NCBI GenBank assembly: GCA_963675745.2
Contig: CAXXWX010000012.1
Span: 18,969-82,968 of the forward strand
Direction of reading: 5' to 3'
Source of the DNA: Phycisphaerae bacterium
GTDB lineage: Bacteria > Planctomycetota > Phycisphaerae > UBA1845 > Fen-1342
DNA length: 64,000 bases
How positions within the stretch are numbered: the stretch's first letter is position 1; each line of letters opens with the position of its first letter. The notes under the pieces were generated by a model that was given only the letters and a program-made list of their open reading frames with translations, made no database searches and was not told the origin of the DNA. A program made the position numbers and the translations under genes. Positions 62,968 through 64,000 of this stretch are shown piece by piece.

Positions 62968-64000
62968 ATGGCAGCACATGCAGCACACCCGCCGCACGCC
63001 CGCGCGCACTTGCGAGCGGGAGGGGGGTGTTGCTCGGAGTTGCGATCATTGCGGGCGTGTTGATAGGCGGTTGCCGCGCGGCGGATCATCGCCGCGAGGC
63101 CGATCAAGTCGCTTACGACATCATCAGCCAGAAGCAGGCCGAGGCGCTGGGCCATACCGAGCCATTCACGATCGAATCGCCCGCGGACACGATTCGCCGT
63201 CGGCTGCTGCTCGACCCAGCACCTGCCATATGCCACCGGCGCGTCTCTGAGTGCCAGAGATGTTGAGGTGATTCCCCAGTGGCCGGACGCCGAATACCTG
63301 ACCAGGTCCGAACAGGCGGACGCGCTGGTCGAGTCATTTGCCACTGATCAGGTGTTGCGCATCACGTTGACCGATGCGCTACAGATTGCCGCGCACGAAA
63401 GCCGCGAGTATCAGTCTGCCAAGGAGCGGGTCTTCACGGCGGCCTTGCAGCTTGACCTGGAGCGGGATTCATTTCGGCGGACATGGTCGGGTGTGCTCGA
63501 GGGATTGTACGAAGCGCGGCTCGAGCGTGAAGTCGCCATTGATGATAAGGGCCACACCGACCGCCAGACCGTCGGCGGGGTGGTCGACACCGAAGGTATC
63601 CTCGGTCTTTCACAGCGCCTGCGGAACGGGATCACGTTCGCCGGTCAGATCGGGCTTGATCTGGCGGCGTTGCTGACACAGGATCGGGCGTTCTCGCGTG
63701 GCGTCTTTGCCGACATCAGTATCACGATTCCACTGCCTGCGCGGCTCCGGCACGTTTGTCGTGACCGAACCGCTCACGCAGGCCGAACGCGATACCGTCT
63801 ACGCGATCTACGAATTCGAGCGCTTCAAACCGCCAGTTCAGCGTCGATATCGCCAGCGAATACCTGGCAGTGCTGCGCCAATTAGATACCGTCGTGAATG
63901 CGGAAGAGAACTATCGGCGGCTGATCACGTCCACGCGGCGTGCGCGGCGCCTGGCGGATGCGGGGCTGCTGCCGGAGATCCAGGTCGATCAGTCGCGGCA
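62968..64000 (+). CDS. TolC-family outer-membrane efflux lipoprotein (partial, with frameshifts)
   Basis: Lipobox LIGGC; ITLTDALQIAAHESREYQSAKE..AALQL; later frames give TEPLTQAERDTVYAIYEFERF. Runs off the window. Confidence 0.7.

Overview
GC-rich bacterial DNA, most likely from a Planctomycetota (Phycisphaerae-like) genome. This is inferred from the ECF sigma + Ser/Thr kinase pairs, dockerin-like 'GDLNCDG' C-termini and 'GC-P' lipoprotein signals. Layout: (1) 0.1-12 kb, ABC-2 exporter and a polysaccharide-degradation cluster (heparinase II/III-like, BNR + GH88/105 fusion, GH78); (2) 12-14.5 kb, arylsulfotransferase-like gene; (3) 14.9-35 kb, a light/oxidative-stress island with photolyase, MFS, YbjT-like SDR, PP2C, lipocalin, SigK-like ECF sigma, an 81-aa anti-sigma-like protein, an HTH-less B12 photoreceptor-like protein, fasciclin, DUF378, CIA30, KatG and an aldo/keto reductase, interrupted by a ~4 kb mobile-element-like remnant carrying a protease-FGE gene; (4) 35-49 kb, two DUF1566 paralogs, two ECF/kinase pairs and a secreted protein; (5) 49-64 kb, oxidoreductase/GH130, D-aminoacylase, a RAYT transposase nested in REP and heptamer repeats, lysA-spmA-spmB-(insert)-dacB, and frameshifted pectate-lyase-like and TolC genes. 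Best finding: three intergenic copies of TGAATCC-N15-RCGAA (20564-20590 minus, 24641-24667 plus, 27508-27534 plus) head the three operons of the island. Together with the sigma / mini anti-sigma / B12-photoreceptor triad, they suggest a candidate cobalamin-light-controlled ECF regulon. No rRNA, tRNA or CRISPR array was recognised. Several frameshifts look like assembly indels. All family calls come from motif recognition by eye, not database searches.
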